Assembly (NCBI RefSeq): GCF_009914755.1
Contig: NC_060938.1
Source: the human T2T-CHM13v2.0 reference genome, Homo sapiens
Length of the DNA: 64,000 nt
Direction: 5' to 3' (one strand)
In this document: piece after piece, positions 59,902 through 64,000 of the stretch
How positions within the stretch are numbered: the stretch's first letter is position 1
Layout: each line of letters opens with the position of its first letter
Made by a program: the position numbers and the translations under genes
The notes under the pieces: model-generated
Database searches by the model: none
The model's input: only the letters and a program-made list of their open reading frames with translations
Told to the model about the DNA's origin: nothing

Positions 59902-62099
59902 TTTTAACTTGTGCTTTAAAAAATTTTATTCTATCTTAAGCATTTTCCTGTGTCATTAAAAGTTCTACCACTGAAGATTTTTGAATAGGAAAGATACACA
60001 CCTTTAGGAGGCATTGGTGCACAGGATAGAGTAGGATGGTAGAGAGAGGAGGCAGGAAGTTACAGTGGGAATCCAGGGTGAAGGATTGAGAGCTTGAATG
60101 GATGATGGCAGTGAGAATGGGAAGAAGTGCACTGACAATAGATTTTTCAGATTTGGAATTTTTAGGAGTAGGTAAATGTCTGGATGGGGATGTTACGGGA
60201 TAAGCTGAAATTAGAGCTTACCATGATGTTTTAGCCTAATTAATGACAGGGAAGTCAGAAGGAGGCTAGATGCCTGCTTAACAACAACAACAACAACAAA
60301 AATCACATAATTCTTTTACTTGCTCCTTTGTAGGCAGGCATCTTTATTTTCTTAGAAATAAGTAAATGTCATTTGTAGAGGCTAGAGGTTAGTGTTATTA
60401 ATAAGATATCTAGTTCAGTCATATTACCTAGGCAACAGGTAATGTTTTAGATAGTGAATGGTGAGTTATTTGATCTCAAAGAAATCAATATGTGAAATAG
60501 GATATACATAACTTCAGAAGTTGACTTGTGAAGTCCCTATTTTCTTTGGCTGGTCATTAGGCTGCTAAGTAGAATGACTGACTTTTGTATGGTTTTCTTC
60601 CACAATAGTGCTTTTTCTTTCGGTTCCCTACCTATGAACTTTTCCTGAACTTTCCTACAAGTTTAAAAAGTTGTTATGGCCTCTCTATACAGTAGACATC
60701 CAATTCTTTGTTAACTGGAAAAAAGTTTCAGAAGTTTAAATTTGAAGTAACAGGAATTGGTCCAAAATATTTGTTGTTGCTCATGTTTTAAATAAGCGAC
60801 ATTGGATTATATCAGCACTGGGATAATTCCCATTAGGTATTATGACTGCAATTTACATGCAATTGGAAATTAGTGATTGAGAGGGAAACAGATTGCCAAA
60901 TTATCTTCCAAAAAGGTACTCCCCACTCCATATCCTTGCTAATAACAAGTATTATAATTATTTAAAGTCATTGCCAACTTGATAGGCAAAATATTGTCTT
61001 GTTCTAATGTTCATTTCTTCTATTGTGAAGGCGAACTTTTTTTTTCCATGTTTCTTGATCCTATCTGTTGATGAGGGCTGGAAGTTCAAGAAAGTATAAA
61101 TTTAAATTATTTTAACCTGAAAAATAAAGCCAGAGAACTTGATTGAAAAGCACCCCAAAGACTGTGTTGAAATCTGCATTGCAAATACTGATGGAAACTT
61201 ATCCTTGTTTTCTTTGTTTTATGCATTACTTTACCATCTTGCCATAGTCATTAGCTTTGCACCTATTTAGGTTACAGCATAAAATCTAGGAACTCCACTT
61301 TGAAGGGATCATGGTTATTCTTAATTAGAAATTGTCAATTTAGCCTTAAGTATTTTATTTTTTGAAATGTTTTATGATAATGTGAAGTAAACCATGCCAT
61401 TATTTCTCATTTTTCCCTTGGTTAACAAATTAGGATATACAAATCTTCAAATTACCTTTAAGGCTTGTAAACATTCAAATCTTTTATCCGTTAGTCAAGT
61501 TATTTCATAAACCCAACATTGCCTCTGAAATGGCTTTACACACAAAGAGGATTTTACCATAAAATGCTTGTGGTGTTTCATTCTCTTCTGATTTTTTGTA
61601 GGGGAAGGGGGTTGGAGAGTAGGCAGAGTATAAATTAATTTGGATGGTGTTGGTTTCAAAGTAGCATTCCATGTAATTCTGCAGAAAGTATGATAAATAA
61701 GAAAATGGGCCAGGCATGGTGGCTCATGCCATAATCCCAGCACTTTGGGAGGCCAAGGTGGGCAGATCACCTGAGATTGGGAGTTTGAGACCACCCTGGC
61801 CAACATGGTGAAACCCTGTCTCTACTAAAAATACAAAAATTAACCGGGTGTGGTGGCACATGCCTGTGGTCTCAGCTACTGGGGAGACTGAGGCATGAGA
61901 ATCGCTTGAACACAGGAGGTGGAGGTTGTAGTGGGCCAAGATTAAGCCACTGCACTCCAGCCTGGGCAACAGAGTGAGACTCTGTCTCAAAAAATTAAAA
62001 AAAATACATAATAAAACAAAGTTCAACATTTGGGAAATACCAGGTGAATTATAGTGTTACCCATACAGTAGAATACAATGTGGTCATTAAAAAACATTA

Positions 62100-62240
<141 letters not shown>

Positions 62241-62243
62241 TCA

Positions 62244-62387
<144 letters not shown>

Positions 62388-64000
62388 CTAAAAAAAAAAA
62401 AAAGAAAAGAAAAAAAGCACTAAAGGGCATTTCATGACAGAAAGGTATTCATTATATATAAGGATAATAGCAAGTGACAAAATGCAGAACATACAATTTT
62501 ACAGCAGGTGTTTTTTTTTTTTTTTCTTTTGAGAGCATGGACATAGACAAATGGCTGGAAGGAAATACACCAGTATGTTTTAATGACTATCTTGAGTGGT
62601 TTTTAAAATTTTCTGAATTTTCCAAATTAACAAAAACACATTCTAGTCTGTTGAATAGGAAAAAAATACTACTTAAAAAAATAAGGAAAAGTTGTATGCC
62701 ATTTTAGAAACAAAATTGTACTTAAATCTCTGAATTTTCTAGGCAGTTAAATTTTTGAGCTCTTCTGTGGACTGTTTCTAAATAAAAATGAGTAGATCCA
62801 TTAACAATTGATCAGTTTATACAAGTGATAAATAGCAAGGTGAATGTTTCCCATACATATCTCATTTCCCATACTCAGGATGTGCTTGCATAAGTAGGAA
62901 TTGAGAGCAAAAGAAATGGTAGGCTGTTGGGTCATGGGCAAGAGACGATTTAGTTGGCCAAAGAAGCATATTTTCTTAAGCAAATGTTGGCCAAGATGTT
63001 ACTTTATGTTTTCGGGCTGTCTTCACTGTAGTTGGAGAACTGTGAACTCTTGGTATTAAGTACTCAGTAGGAGCAAAGAACCATTTGGAATGTCTGTCAA
63101 TCTTAAATAGAACTGCAGCTGTTTGGCTGAGAGGTGAAATGGACCTGGATTTTTTTTTTTTGGCGGGGGGGCTTTGAAAGTAGTTTTTGTATAACAAAGA
63201 GGTGATGAGAACTAAAGTGATTACAAAAGTGTTCATAGGAGTTCAGTTTCTTTCCAGGCTTTGGGTTTAAGAATGACTGTTTCTGCCCATGGGGAAATAA
63301 ATTGGCATTTTTCTGCTTTCGTTTGTTTTTTAGTTATTGATGTTCTAGAAATTTCAACAAAATAAGGAGTGTTTTTGTATTTCAAATGTAGTGCCCGTTT
63401 CTTTATTTCTTTCTGGTACTTTCCACTGGTTTGTGTTGATAATATGATCTGGAAGGTAGCGATAATGCATGGGAATTTATAAATGATCACAAAATACTTT
63501 GTCACAGGAAATCTGGAGAAATAATGACTTTGGCATATGTATAAGAGAAGTATCTCTAACTGTTAAGTCTAAACTAAAAGCTTGTTACTTTTCGGTTTGG
63601 TATAACCAAAAAAAATTTGAAAAATAAAATAGAAGTAATGATTTGTTTTCTCAGGTGTAGTTGTATTTGACTGACTCTATTGTAGGAGGACACGTTTAAG
63701 ACTGAATGGTTGGATAACGGTAAAGACGTCCTTTGAATGGAGAGTTGAATCTGATAGGTTGAAGTTTTGGATATTGAATGAAAAGAGAAAAGAGAGCCGG
63801 ACAAGCTGAAAATTCCTGTAGTTCCAACTACTGGGGAGGCTGAGGTGGGAGGATCACCTGAGCCCAGGAGTTTGAGACTGCAGTGAGCTATGATCATGCC
63901 ACTGCGTTCCAGTCTGGATGACAGAGTGAGACCCTGTGTCAAAAAATAAGTAAATAAAAAGAGGAAAGAGCTAAAATGAGAATTCAATCTGATTCAGAAT

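Overview
Primate (human-like), very Alu-rich genomic DNA that I recognise as the BBOF1 / ALDH6A1 / LIN52 locus. It holds the last four coding exons of BBOF1 (+). It also holds the complete 12-exon ALDH6A1 gene (-), which joins to 1608 nt = 535 aa + stop and has a GC-AG first intron. LIN52 coding exons 1-5 (+) follow; the last exon lies beyond the window. ALDH6A1 and LIN52 share a ~570-bp bidirectional CpG promoter, and BBOF1 and ALDH6A1 are interleaved tail-to-tail. Nearly all ORFs in the supplied track are Alu artefacts. I found no new gene family or new biological system. The most notable unexplained structures are five. (1) A 108-bp direct repeat copied from an Alu-split Y4 RNA pseudogene brackets the in-frame LIN52 exon encoding the LxSxExL/S28 DREAM switch. 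(2) LIN52 exons 2-5 would form a stop-free 264-nt circle flanked by an inverted AluY/AluYa5 pair. (3) ALDH6A1 intron 1 contains a candidate 97-nt poison exon followed by a G4 motif. (4) The BBOF1 3' UTR would be antisense to two ALDH6A1 coding exons. (5) BBOF1 has a possible intronic-polyA isoform. Exon coordinates were counted by hand; repeat boundaries and subfamily names are approximate and from memory of consensus sequences.
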